Source: an uncultured Chloroflexia bacterium
GTDB lineage: Bacteria; Chloroflexota; Limnocylindria; Limnocylindrales; CSP1-4
Assembly (NCBI GenBank): GCA_963734535.1
Contig: CAVTHS010000003.1
Location: 64,001 to 128,000 of the forward strand
Reading direction: 5' to 3'
DNA length: 64,000 nucleotides
Positions 9,381-17,767 of the stretch are shown here, one piece after another. Within the stretch, counting starts at the first letter, position 1. Every line of letters starts with the position of its first letter. The translations under genes and the position numbers were made by a program. The notes below the pieces were generated by a model. The model was not told the DNA's origin and ran no database searches. It saw only the letters and a program-made list of their open reading frames with translations.

Positions 9381-9641
9381 TCAGGCCCGGAGCGGGCTCG
9401 GTCGCTCCGTCTCGTGGGTCGCCGAGCCCTCCACGAAGCGTCCCAGCGCCATGAGCGCGTGCCCGAGCCGTGACCGAACCGGTGCGCGGCGCCCGCGCCC
9501 GGCCAGCCGTTCGTGCTGCGCCTCCGTGCGAAGCCGCGTCATCCGGTATGCAACCTCGACCGCCATGCGTGCGTCCCCTCCAGTCGCGTCGTGCGTGTTC
9601 GCGTGGGCCGGCGCGCGCCCGGGATCGATCCCGTTGCTCAT
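9381..9641 (-). CDS. Small Arg-rich helical hypothetical protein (paralog at 48235-48459)
   Basis: GAGG about 8 nt before ATG 9641; motif RMTRLRTEAQHERL..RSRLGHALMALG. Confidence 0.7.
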   Translation of the reverse strand: MSNGIDPGRAPAHANTHDATGGDARMAVEVAYRMTRLRTEAQHERLAGRGRRAPVRSRLGHALMALGRFVEGSATHETERPSPLRA

Positions 9642-9655
9642 CGCGTCGTCCTCTC

Positions 9656-9673
9656 GTAAGGTGTCCATCTAAC
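9656..9673. promoter_or_regulatory. Imperfect second copy of the putative ArsR operator
   Basis: GTAAGGTGTCCATCTAAC matches GTTAGATAACTATCTAAC (10857-10874) at 13 of 18 positions. Confidence 0.55.
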
Positions 9674-9720
9674 TCGTGTATGTGATGCCGCCCGCCGGCC
9701 AGGTCGGCGAAGGTCCATCC

Positions 9721-10833
9721 TCATCCCTGCGCGGCGCCCAGGTATCGCGCGAGATCGGGACCCGCCTCCGCGACGCGGTCCCGTCGCAGGCTGTAGTAGG
9801 TGAGCCCGCCGGTCTCGGTCATCGTCAGGAGGCCGGCCGCTCGAAGCTGGGCCAGGTGGTGCTTGACCGTTGGCTTGGAGAGCCCCATGCGCTCCGCGAT
9901 CTCGGTCAGGTAGAGATCCCCGTCCGCGAGGAAGCGGAGGATCCGCATCCGGCTCTCGTCGCCGAGCGCCTTGAAAAGGCGAACCGTCGCCGGGGGCACG
10001 CCGGCCGGGTCTCCGTCCAGCGCGGTCTCGGCAAGCGGGTAGGCGAACATGTGCCAGCCCTCGCCGGCGAAGACGTAGTTGTAGGGACGCGCGAAGTAGC
10101 TCGGCACGAGGTTGACCCGCCGGATGGCGGCATCGGGCGTCCAGCGGTAGCCGTTGGTGGCGCGCTCGATGAAGTCCTCGAGCGGCAGGCGCTCCAGGTC
10201 GCCGCGCCGCGCCGCGACGTCGCGCGCCTGCATCTGCGCAACGCGCGGCTCGACGGCCGCGAATCGCTCCTCCCAGGCGCGCAGGATGCGGCGGAGGGCC
10301 CGGAGCTCCGTCTCCGGCTCGCCCAGCAATCGATCGAGCGCCCCACGGAGCTCCTCCGGAGCGCTGGTCACCATCTCGTCGTGGAGCGCGAGCTCGCCCG
10401 CGAAATACCGATCGGCGAGCGCTCGCGTGGCGTCCAGCTCGTCGTCGTCGCAGGCGGAGCCGATGAGGTCCCGCGCGGAGACCCTGCCCGCGAGCGCGAC
10501 CACGTCCGCAGCGGTCCGCACGTCGCGATCCGCGATGACGAGCGGGATCAGCGCCCAGCCGGCGATCCCGCGTGCGCCCTCGTGGTGCTCGAAGACGCGC
10601 TGCCTGTCGCGCCGAAGGGGAGCGGAGAGCGATTCGTTCGCCGCCGCGCGCCACGCGGCGTCCGCGGGGAGGAGCTCCGGCTCCGTGTCCCCCACGAGGC
10701 TCACGAGGAAGTCGAGCGCTGTTCGCGCCTCCAGGACGACCTCCGGGCGCGTCGACCCACCGCGGGGAGACAGCTCGCGCACGAGCGCGCCGGGACGCCG
10801 GAGCAATGGGGTGGGGCTCTTGGAGACGGCCAT
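9721..10833 (-). CDS. ArsR/SmtB-family regulator with long N-terminal domain and C-terminal winged HTH
   Basis: C-terminal FKALGDESRMRILRFL..LTEIAERMGLSKPTVKHHLAQLRAAGLL..YYSL. Confidence 0.9.
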   Translation of the reverse strand: MAVSKSPTPLLRRPGALVRELSPRGGSTRPEVVLEARTALDFLVSLVGDTEPELLPADAAWRAAANESLSAPLRRDRQRVFEHHEGARGIAGWALIPLVIADRDVRTAADVVALAGRVSARDLIGSACDDDELDATRALADRYFAGELALHDEMVTSAPEELRGALDRLLGEPETELRALRRILRAWEERFAAVEPRVAQMQARDVAARRGDLERLPLEDFIERATNGYRWTPDAAIRRVNLVPSYFARPYNYVFAGEGWHMFAYPLAETALDGDPAGVPPATVRLFKALGDESRMRILRFLADGDLYLTEIAERMGLSKPTVKHHLAQLRAAGLLTMTETGGLTYYSLRRDRVAEAGPDLARYLGAAQG

Positions 10834-10855
10834 CTCGTCTTGTTGATCTCCCGTG

Positions 10856-10893
10856 TGTTAGATAACTATCTAACATCATCCCGTCGGTGTCAA
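10856..10893 (-). promoter_or_regulatory. Sigma70-type promoter with an overlapping perfect palindromic operator
   Basis: Minus-strand TTGACA (10893-10888)-N17-GATAGT. The palindrome TGTTAGATA-AC-TATCTAACA (10856-10875) covers the -10. Confidence 0.75.
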
Positions 10894-11003
10894 GGGGCAG
10901 ATCGCGCCCCACGGATTGCACCCGCCGGACTGCACGACGGACCGTCGCCCGTACAATCGGATGAGCCGCCGCGCGCCAATCCTCCCAGCTCCTCGAGGGC
11001 CGC

Positions 11004-12305
11004 ATGACCGTTCCGACCGTCCGCTATACCGACGAGCGCCTGCCCAACGGGCTCCGCCTCGTGATCAGCGAGGACCACCTGGTCCCCGTCGTTGCGGTCA
11101 ACATCTGGTACGACGTGGGCAGCAAGCACGAGCAGCCCGGCAAGACGGGTTTTGCCCACCTGTTCGAGCACGTCATGTTCCAGGGGAGCCGGCACGTCGC
11201 GAAGGCGGAGCACATCGCGCTCGTCCAGGCCGCGGGCGGGAGCATGAACGGGACCACCTGGCTGGACCGCACCAACTACTTCGAGACGATGCCCTCCCAC
11301 CAGCTGGAGCTGGCGCTCTGGCTGGAGGCTGATCGGATGGGGACGCTGCTCGAGGCGCTCAGCCAGGAGAACCTGGACAACCAGCGAGCGGTGGTCAAGA
11401 ACGAGAAGCGCTCGAGCTACGACAACCAGCCCTACGGGTCGTGGCAGGAGAAGCTCCTGGGGCACATCTACCCGGCGGGCCATCCATATCACCACCCGAC
11501 GATCGGCTCCATGGAGGACCTCGACGCGGCGTCGCTCGAGGACGTGGCCGCGTTCTTCCGGACCTATTACGCGCCGAACAACGCCGTGATCTCGATCGTC
11601 GGGGACGTGGACCCTGGCCAGGCCCGTGCGTGGGTCGAGCGGTACTTCGGGCCGCTGGCAGCCAACCCGGCGATTCCCGCCTTCAACCCGGACCCGCTGC
11701 CGCTGACGCTGGGCGGGGAGCGCCGGGAGACCGTCCCGGACCGCGTCCCGCTGCCGCGCATCTACGTCGGCTTCCGCGCCCCGACGATCGGCGATCCGCG
11801 CCTCTACGCGCTCGAGATCGCGGCGCAGGTGCTTGCCGGGGGCAAGGGCAGCCGGCTGCACCGGCGGCTGGTCCGCGACGAGCAGATCGCCCAGGACGTC
11901 GCCATGTTCGGCCTCGGCTTCTCCTCGGGGCCGTCCGTCTTCATGGGCTGGGCGACCGTTCGCCCGGACTCGACGATCGAGGCGGTCGAAGCTGCTCTCT
12001 TCGACGAGCTGGCGCGGATCGGGATCGAACCCGTCAGCGACGACGAGCTTGCCCGCGCAAAGGCGCTCATCGAGACGGACGAGCTCGCGGCGCTGCAGCG
12101 AGTCAGCGAGCGCGCGGACCGCCTGAGCATGTACGCCACCCTGCTCGACGATCCGGACCAGGTCAACCGCCAGCTGGAGCGGTATCTGGCCGTCACGGGC
12201 GAGGATGTCCGCGCGGCCTGCGCGGAGCTCCTCGTCGCCACGAACCGCGTGGTCCTGACCTACGTTCCGGCCGATGCCGGGACCCGATCCGCGGAGGCGG
12301 CATGA
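11004..12305 (+). CDS. M16 (pitrilysin/MPP-like) zinc peptidase, catalytic subunit
   Basis: GFAHLFEHVMFQGS (HxxEH), NGTTWLDRTNYFE, VVKNEKR and YYAPNNA. TACAAT -10 at 10952-10957. Confidence 0.95.
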   Translation: MTVPTVRYTDERLPNGLRLVISEDHLVPVVAVNIWYDVGSKHEQPGKTGFAHLFEHVMFQGSRHVAKAEHIALVQAAGGSMNGTTWLDRTNYFETMPSHQLELALWLEADRMGTLLEALSQENLDNQRAVVKNEKRSSYDNQPYGSWQEKLLGHIYPAGHPYHHPTIGSMEDLDAASLEDVAAFFRTYYAPNNAVISIVGDVDPGQARAWVERYFGPLAANPAIPAFNPDPLPLTLGGERRETVPDRVPLPRIYVGFRAPTIGDPRLYALEIAAQVLAGGKGSRLHRRLVRDEQIAQDVAMFGLGFSSGPSVFMGWATVRPDSTIEAVEAALFDELARIGIEPVSDDELARAKALIETDELAALQRVSERADRLSMYATLLDDPDQVNRQLERYLAVTGEDVRAACAELLVATNRVVLTYVPADAGTRSAEAA

Positions 12306-13711
12306 ACCGCTCTGATCCCGTCGAGGCTGCGCTCGGCGTTCGGCCCGTCCCCGGCACGCCGCGGCCGTTCACGTTCCCCGCGGCCACGCGCGGCCGGCTT
12401 TCGGGTGGCCTGCCGCTCGTGACGGTTCACCTGCCAGGCCGGCCGCTCGTGTCGGCCAGCCTCTACCTTCCGAACGGCGCGGTGGACGAGCCCACCGACG
12501 AGGGCGGCGCCACCGTGCTGGCGGCCCGCGCGCTCACCGAGGGCACCCGTCACCGGGACGCCGTGGCGCTGACCGAGGCCGCCGAACGACTCGGAGCCTC
12601 GCTGCGCGCCGAGGCCGGATGGGACGCGACCGTCGTTGGTGTTGACGTGCCATCGGAGCGGCTGGGTCCGGCGCTCGAGCTCCTTGCCGAGATCGTCCGC
12701 GAGCCAGCGTTTCCCGAGCGGGAGGTTGAGCGGCTGCGGGACCAGCGCCTCAACGACCTGCTCCAGGCGAAGGCCGACCCGGCCCGCCGCGCCGAGGAGG
12801 CCTTCATCCAGACGATCTACGCGACCGGGACACCCTATTCCCGGGTTGCCGGGGGTCGACGGGAGACCGTCGAGACGCTCGACGCGAGCATCCTCCGGCG
12901 AGCCTTTGCGCGTCTGGGCGACCCGGGCCGCGCCGCCCTCATTGTTGGCGGCGACCTCGGGGGCATCGACGTCGCCGGGATCACCGAGCCGCTCTTCGGC
13001 GACCTGGCGGCCGGCGCTGCCGCCGCCGGCGCGATGCCCGTCCTGCCGGTCATCGGCGACGGGCTCGATCGGACGAGGGTGCGTCTCGTCCACCGGCCGG
13101 GCGCGGTCCAGTCCGAGCTTCGCGTTGGCCACCTCGGCCTGCCGCGCCGGGCGCCGGACTATCACGCGGTCACGGTCATGGCCATGATCCTTGGGGGGCT
13201 CTTCAACTCGCGGCTCAACATGAAGCTGCGGGAGGAGAAGGGATACACCTACGGCGCCGGCGCCGGCTTCGACTTCCGGCGCTTCGCGGGACCCTTCTCG
13301 GCGAGGGCGGCGGTGAACACGGACGCGACGGTCCCGGCCCTGGTCGACCTTCTCGCGGAGCTGCGCCGTATCCGCGAGGCGGCGCCGACCGATGCCGAGA
13401 TGCGCGCCGCCCGGGACTACCTGGTCGGCGTCTTCCCGCTCCGCTTCGAGACGCCGGGGCCGATCGTGGGCGCGCTCGGCGGGATCGTGACGTTCGGCCT
13501 CCCGGACGACGAGCTGGACCGCTACCGGCCGGCGATCAACGCGGTGACCGCCGCCGAGGTGCTTGCAGCCGCACGTGCCCACCTCCACCTCGAGCGGCTG
13601 GCGGTGGTCGTCGTGGGCGACGCGGACGCAGTCGGGGCCGACCTCCAGGAGGCCGGCATCGGCGAGGTCGAGGTGGTTCGCGAGGCAGAGCCGCTCGCCG
13701 ACGAGGCCTGA
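12302..13711 (+). CDS. M16 peptidase partner subunit (no HxxEH)
   Basis: ATGA overlap with the upstream gene; ILGGLFNSRLNMKLREEKGYTYG motif; Zn motif absent. Confidence 0.9.
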   Translation: MNRSDPVEAALGVRPVPGTPRPFTFPAATRGRLSGGLPLVTVHLPGRPLVSASLYLPNGAVDEPTDEGGATVLAARALTEGTRHRDAVALTEAAERLGASLRAEAGWDATVVGVDVPSERLGPALELLAEIVREPAFPEREVERLRDQRLNDLLQAKADPARRAEEAFIQTIYATGTPYSRVAGGRRETVETLDASILRRAFARLGDPGRAALIVGGDLGGIDVAGITEPLFGDLAAGAAAAGAMPVLPVIGDGLDRTRVRLVHRPGAVQSELRVGHLGLPRRAPDYHAVTVMAMILGGLFNSRLNMKLREEKGYTYGAGAGFDFRRFAGPFSARAAVNTDATVPALVDLLAELRRIREAAPTDAEMRAARDYLVGVFPLRFETPGPIVGALGGIVTFGLPDDELDRYRPAINAVTAAEVLAAARAHLHLERLAVVVVGDADAVGADLQEAGIGEVEVVREAEPLADEA

Positions 13712-13917
13712 CGCGCGACGGCTGGGCGCCCCGGCAGGCCGCCCAGGTGACGGACGACGCCTGGCGCGGGCACGGCCGTGGCTCGGTGACGCGGCATTTC
13801 TGAAACCTTCTCGTGTACCCCGGCCTCAGACGGGTAGCGAGGTCGAAAGCAGCGCCCGGCCGCGAGCAACCGGCACAGCGCCGCGAACCACCCGGCGCAT
13901 CGAAAGCGTGAACGAAC

Positions 13918-14529
13918 ATGGATCGCTACAGCGCAAGCCTCATTCGCGGCGTGGCCGCGGCGGGAGTGGCCCTCTTCCTCGTCGCGGGTGCGGCGTTCGC
14001 GGCAAACGCGGTGATGGGCTCCCCCCACAGCACGTCCCGAGCTTTCGTCCCCGCGGCGGCGACCTCGCAGTCCGACGCCTCGAAGGTCGAGGTGACCGAA
14101 CACGCGACGGCCGAGCCGCGCGGTGCGGCCGAAGGTACCGGGAAGGCCGAACCGACCGAGACGCCGGATGCCACGACGGGGACGGCCAAGCCGGGCGAGA
14201 AGGCCGAAGGCACCGAGAAGGTCGAAGACACCCACGGGGCCGAAGGCACCGAGAAGTCCGAAGACACCCGGAAGGCCGAGCCGACCAGGTCTCCCAATGC
14301 GACCCGGACGGCAGAGCCGGCCGAGACGCGTGACGTCGAGGACCAGTCCGGCGACAACACCCAGCAGCGCCGGGACGACGGCGACGACGAGCACGCCGGC
14401 GCCCGGGCCACCCCGACGGCCGGTGCGCCGACGTCCGGCTCGGCGGCGACGCCCGAGCCGGCCCACTCGCACGGTGGCCGCGGCTCCGGCGACCGTGGCA
14501 ACGGCTCCGCCGATAGCGGCAACGGGTAA
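13918..14529 (+). CDS. Secreted or membrane-anchored low-complexity protein with AEGTEK-type repeats
   Basis: N-terminal hydrophobic signal (GVAAAGVALFLVAGAAFA) followed by an E/T/P/A/G-rich disordered region. Confidence 0.7.
   Translation: MDRYSASLIRGVAAAGVALFLVAGAAFAANAVMGSPHSTSRAFVPAAATSQSDASKVEVTEHATAEPRGAAEGTGKAEPTETPDATTGTAKPGEKAEGTEKVEDTHGAEGTEKSEDTRKAEPTRSPNATRTAEPAETRDVEDQSGDNTQQRRDDGDDEHAGARATPTAGAPTSGSAATPEPAHSHGGRGSGDRGNGSADSGNG
14203..14274 (+). repeat. 36-bp-period coding tandem repeat (AEGTEKxEDTxx)
   Basis: GCCGAAGGCACCGAGAAG..GAAGACACCC present twice. Confidence 0.8.
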
Positions 14530-14574
14530 CAGTCCGGCATCGGCACGTTCAATACGACGCGGGAGGCGGGCCAT

Positions 14575-15330
14575 GTGGCGCACGACGGCACGCGCGGCGT
14601 ATCGTCTCGTGGCCAGCGTCCCGGCGCCGGTGATGGACGTCCCCACCAAGGAGCCCGCCCGATCGACGCGCCGCGCGACCCCGTCCCGATCGACACGCCC
14701 GGCACCGACACGCCGAGGGACGACCTCGAGGCGCGTCGGGTCGTCGCTGCGGTGCTCGAGGGCGATCCGGACGCGTTCCGGACTCTCGTGGAGCGCGAGT
14801 CTCGGACGCTCGTTCGCAGCTGCTACCGCGTTCTCGGCGACCTCCACGACGCCGAGGACGCAGCCCAGGAGGCATTCGTGACGGCGTATCGGGCGCTCGG
14901 GACGTGGCGCGGCGACGGGCCCTTCGGCGCGTGGCTCGCCCGGATCGGCGTCCGGATCGCGCTTCGGAAGGCATCCCGGCGACGGCCCGTGGTGTGGATC
15001 GATCCGCACCCGGTAGCGGCCGACGGCGGCAGCGATGAGCGCGTTGCAGCGAACACGGTCGGGGAGCGTGCCCTGCTGGGCGCCCTCGGCCGGGCCGAGG
15101 CTGATCCCGCCCAGCTCTTCGCGCGAGCCGAGCGCGCGGCGTCGATCCGGGCTGCCGTGGCCAGCCTGGACGAGCCGTACCGCGAGGTCATTGCGCTCCG
15201 CTTCTTCTCCGAGCTCTCGCTGGCCGAGATCGCCGAGGAGGCAGGTCGGCCCCTCGGAACGGTCAAGACACATCTCCACCGCGGCCTCCGGCGGCTGCGC
15301 CGCGCTCTCGATACGGAAGGCGTGGCCTGA
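14575..15330 (+). CDS. ECF sigma factor
   Basis: Region 2 DAEDAAQEAFVTAYR..FGAWLARI; region 4 LSLAEIAEEAGRPLGTVKTHLHRG. Confidence 0.92.
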   Translation: MAHDGTRGVSSRGQRPGAGDGRPHQGARPIDAPRDPVPIDTPGTDTPRDDLEARRVVAAVLEGDPDAFRTLVERESRTLVRSCYRVLGDLHDAEDAAQEAFVTAYRALGTWRGDGPFGAWLARIGVRIALRKASRRRPVVWIDPHPVAADGGSDERVAANTVGERALLGALGRAEADPAQLFARAERAASIRAAVASLDEPYREVIALRFFSELSLAEIAEEAGRPLGTVKTHLHRGLRRLRRALDTEGVA

Positions 15331-16151
15331 TGGCCGGTGCGCAGCGACCCGGCCAGTTCCGGCCGGGCGAGCTGGACAGGGCCGACCTGGGCCCCGGCAT
15401 CGAAGCCGAGCTGCTCGGCGCGGCTCGCGAGCTCGAGTGGCTCGCCCTGAGCGAGGATGTCGGCCCGGGTCCCGACTTCGTGGGAACGGTCATGGCCGCC
15501 GTGAGCCGCGAGCCGGCCCCGCGCCCCGTCGCCGCGGCGCTCGGCGCCGCCCGTCGTCGAAGCCCGCTCGCCGCGCTGTCCGCCATCGGCGATCTCTGGC
15601 GGGTCGCGTTCACGGGCGGCCGCCCGCTGGCCGCGCGCTTCCCGGCGATGGCGCTCGTCGTGCTGCTCGTCCTCGGTTCGGTGGGCGTCGGAGCGATCGG
15701 CGCCGGCGCGCTGGGCGGATTGGTGAGCCGCGGGCCCGAGGCCACGCCCAGCCTGTCTCCCGCGACGACGGCGTCCCCCTCGGCGTCGTCGGCCAGCCCG
15801 TCGCCCTCGCCGTCGCCGACTGCAAGCGAATCGCCCGAGGCGAGCGCTCAGCCAGCGCCCTCCCAGAGTCCGCAACCGTCAAGTACCCTCGAGCCGTCGG
15901 TGACTCCGAACCCAACACAGGACCGCACGGCGCAACCGACCGACACTCCGCGACCGACCAACCGGCCGACCCAGACGCCGAAGGCCACGGGGACGCCCGA
16001 GCCATCCCCGAGCCCGTCGCCGACCGAGCCATCCCCGAGCCCGTCGCCGACCGAGGTCCCGAGCCCGACGCCGCGCGAGGTCCCGAGCCCGAGCGTCACG
16101 CCGCGGCCGACGGAGACGCCCGAACCCAGCTCGGGTCACGGCGGCGGATAG
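15330..16151 (+). CDS. Putative anti-sigma factor: one TM helix and a Pro/Ser/Thr-rich tail
   Basis: Start overlaps the sigma stop; PDFVGTVMAAV anti-sigma-like segment; TM LVVLLVLGSVGVG; repeated PSPSP. Confidence 0.75.
   Translation: MAGAQRPGQFRPGELDRADLGPGIEAELLGAARELEWLALSEDVGPGPDFVGTVMAAVSREPAPRPVAAALGAARRRSPLAALSAIGDLWRVAFTGGRPLAARFPAMALVVLLVLGSVGVGAIGAGALGGLVSRGPEATPSLSPATTASPSASSASPSPSPSPTASESPEASAQPAPSQSPQPSSTLEPSVTPNPTQDRTAQPTDTPRPTNRPTQTPKATGTPEPSPSPSPTEPSPSPSPTEVPSPTPREVPSPSVTPRPTETPEPSSGHGGG
15997..16094 (+). repeat. 27-bp tandem repeats encoding EPSPSPSPT, then EVPSP variants
   Basis: CCGAGCCATCCCCGAGCCCGTCGCCGA twice, followed by degenerate GAGGTCCCGAGCCCGA copies. Confidence 0.8.
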
Positions 16152-16210
16152 GCAAGGTATCGCCGGAATCTGCCCGCCGGCGCGCGCCGTTCCCCTGCTA
16201 GGCTGATCGC

Positions 16211-16912
16211 GTGCTCGCCGTCGTCGGTTCGCCATGCTTCCAGCCCGCGCTGACACCCGGCGCGGCGGGTGACGCAGGCGGGCTCGCCGCCGGCATCGCT
16301 CGGGCGGCCGCCGCCGTCGGCATCCAGGTGCAGCTGATCGGAAAGGTCGGTGACGATCCATCCGGCGACGCGGTGCTCATCGCGCTTGGCAGGTGCGGCG
16401 TCGGACACGTCGCGCTGCTCCGGGACCCGGGCCGCGCGACCCCGATCGCATCGCCGCTCGTCCCGTTCGCGGATGGCGCGGACACGGAGCCGATCGCCGC
16501 ATTCCTCGCAGAGGACCGCGCGGATGCTCCCGGCGAACCGGGCGAGATCCTGGCTCCCCGGGGACCCGCAGGGCTCGCGATGGACCCCGACGACATCTCG
16601 CTCGGGCTGCGCTACGTCCGCGAGTTTCGCGTGCTCGTCGCGGCGGATCCGCTCGACGAGACGTCGTCCCTGGTCGTCGCCGACGCCGCGTCGTTCGCCG
16701 ACGCCGCGCTCATCGTGATCGCCCCGCCGGGAGTGATGTTCCCGGTCGCCCCTGCATCCGCGACGGTCCTCGAAGCGCCCGAGATCGACCCGGACGGGGC
16801 GTTCGCCGCGCTCGTCGGCCGGCTCGCCGCTGCCCTGGATCGTGGCGAGGACGCTGGGGAGGCGTTTCGATCGGCTGCGTCGCAGGGTGGCTGGGAGCGC
16901 GCAACCGGCTGA
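16211..16912 (+). CDS. Degenerate PfkB/ribokinase-like protein
   Basis: N-terminal PfkB pattern GGLAAGIARAAA..LIGKVGDDPSGDAVL..GV; no canonical DTxGAGD. Confidence 0.6.
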   Translation: MLAVVGSPCFQPALTPGAAGDAGGLAAGIARAAAAVGIQVQLIGKVGDDPSGDAVLIALGRCGVGHVALLRDPGRATPIASPLVPFADGADTEPIAAFLAEDRADAPGEPGEILAPRGPAGLAMDPDDISLGLRYVREFRVLVAADPLDETSSLVVADAASFADAALIVIAPPGVMFPVAPASATVLEAPEIDPDGAFAALVGRLAAALDRGEDAGEAFRSAASQGGWERATG

Positions 16913-16986
16913 CCGAGCAATCGGCAGAGCGCGCGACGGGTTGCGCGTCGTCGCGCCGGCGCGGTCGGGCCGGCCGCGCAGCCAGG

Positions 16987-17712
16987 TCAGCCGAGGGTCA
17001 GCTGGCGCCCACCCGGCTCGGGGCCGAGCGGGCCAAGGGGCACAACGAGGTCGGGACCCTCGTTGCGAGCGTTGTTCACGCGCTTCGTCACGGGGTACCG
17101 GAGCAGCAGGTCGTCAGGCGCGGGCCGCAGCAGGCGCAGGAGCGCCGCGGGTTCCGGGGCCGCGGGGTCCAGCCAGGCACCCCAATCGGCTGCCGAGAGG
17201 ATCACCGGCATTCGGTCATGGATCGGCGCGAGCGTCGCGTTCGCGGTGGTCGTCACGATCGTGAACGTGCGGAGCCATGCGCTCTCGGGATCCGCAGGGT
17301 CGCGCCACGGCGACCAGAGCCCGGCGAACGCCATGGGCTCCCCGTCGGACCGCCGAATCAGGTTCGGCTGGCGGATGGACTCGGCGACGCGCTCCCACTC
17401 GTAGAACGCGTCCGCGGGCACGAGGCAGCGCCGCTTCTGGAACGCGCTCCGGAAGGCCGCCGCCGTCGCGACGGTCTCCGCGCGGGCGTTGATCAGGCGG
17501 TTGCCGATCTTCGCGTCCTTCGCCCACGTCGGCACCAGCCCCCACCGGTATGAAGCGAGCGCGCGACCCTCGTCAGGGCGCTCCACGACCACGAGCCCGG
17601 CCTGCTGCGGCGCGAGGTTGAAACGGCCGCCGGGCGTCGCGGCCAGGTCGTCGGCCGCGAACAGGGCAGCCAGCTCCGCGCTCGGGCGCTGCTGCGTGAA
17701 TCGGCCGCACAT
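16987..17712 (-). CDS. SRAP / abasic-site processing protein (YedK/HMCES family)
   Basis: N-terminal MCGRF, WGLVPTW, INARAET, RRCLVPADAFYEW and IHDRMPVIL. Confidence 0.95.
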   Translation of the reverse strand: MCGRFTQQRPSAELAALFAADDLAATPGGRFNLAPQQAGLVVVERPDEGRALASYRWGLVPTWAKDAKIGNRLINARAETVATAAAFRSAFQKRRCLVPADAFYEWERVAESIRQPNLIRRSDGEPMAFAGLWSPWRDPADPESAWLRTFTIVTTTANATLAPIHDRMPVILSAADWGAWLDPAAPEPAALLRLLRPAPDDLLLRYPVTKRVNNARNEGPDLVVPLGPLGPEPGGRQLTLG

Positions 17713-17767
17713 GGCCGGAGTCTAGCAGTGGCGGCGGACGGCTCCGCCTTCTGCTACGGTCCTCCCG

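Noticed and set aside
15997-16094. Short direct repeats (also at 5731, 14203, 25196, 28097 and near 60100) as CRISPR arrays
   Set aside because: All have periods divisible by three, lie inside coding linkers, lack unique spacers, and no cas genes are present.
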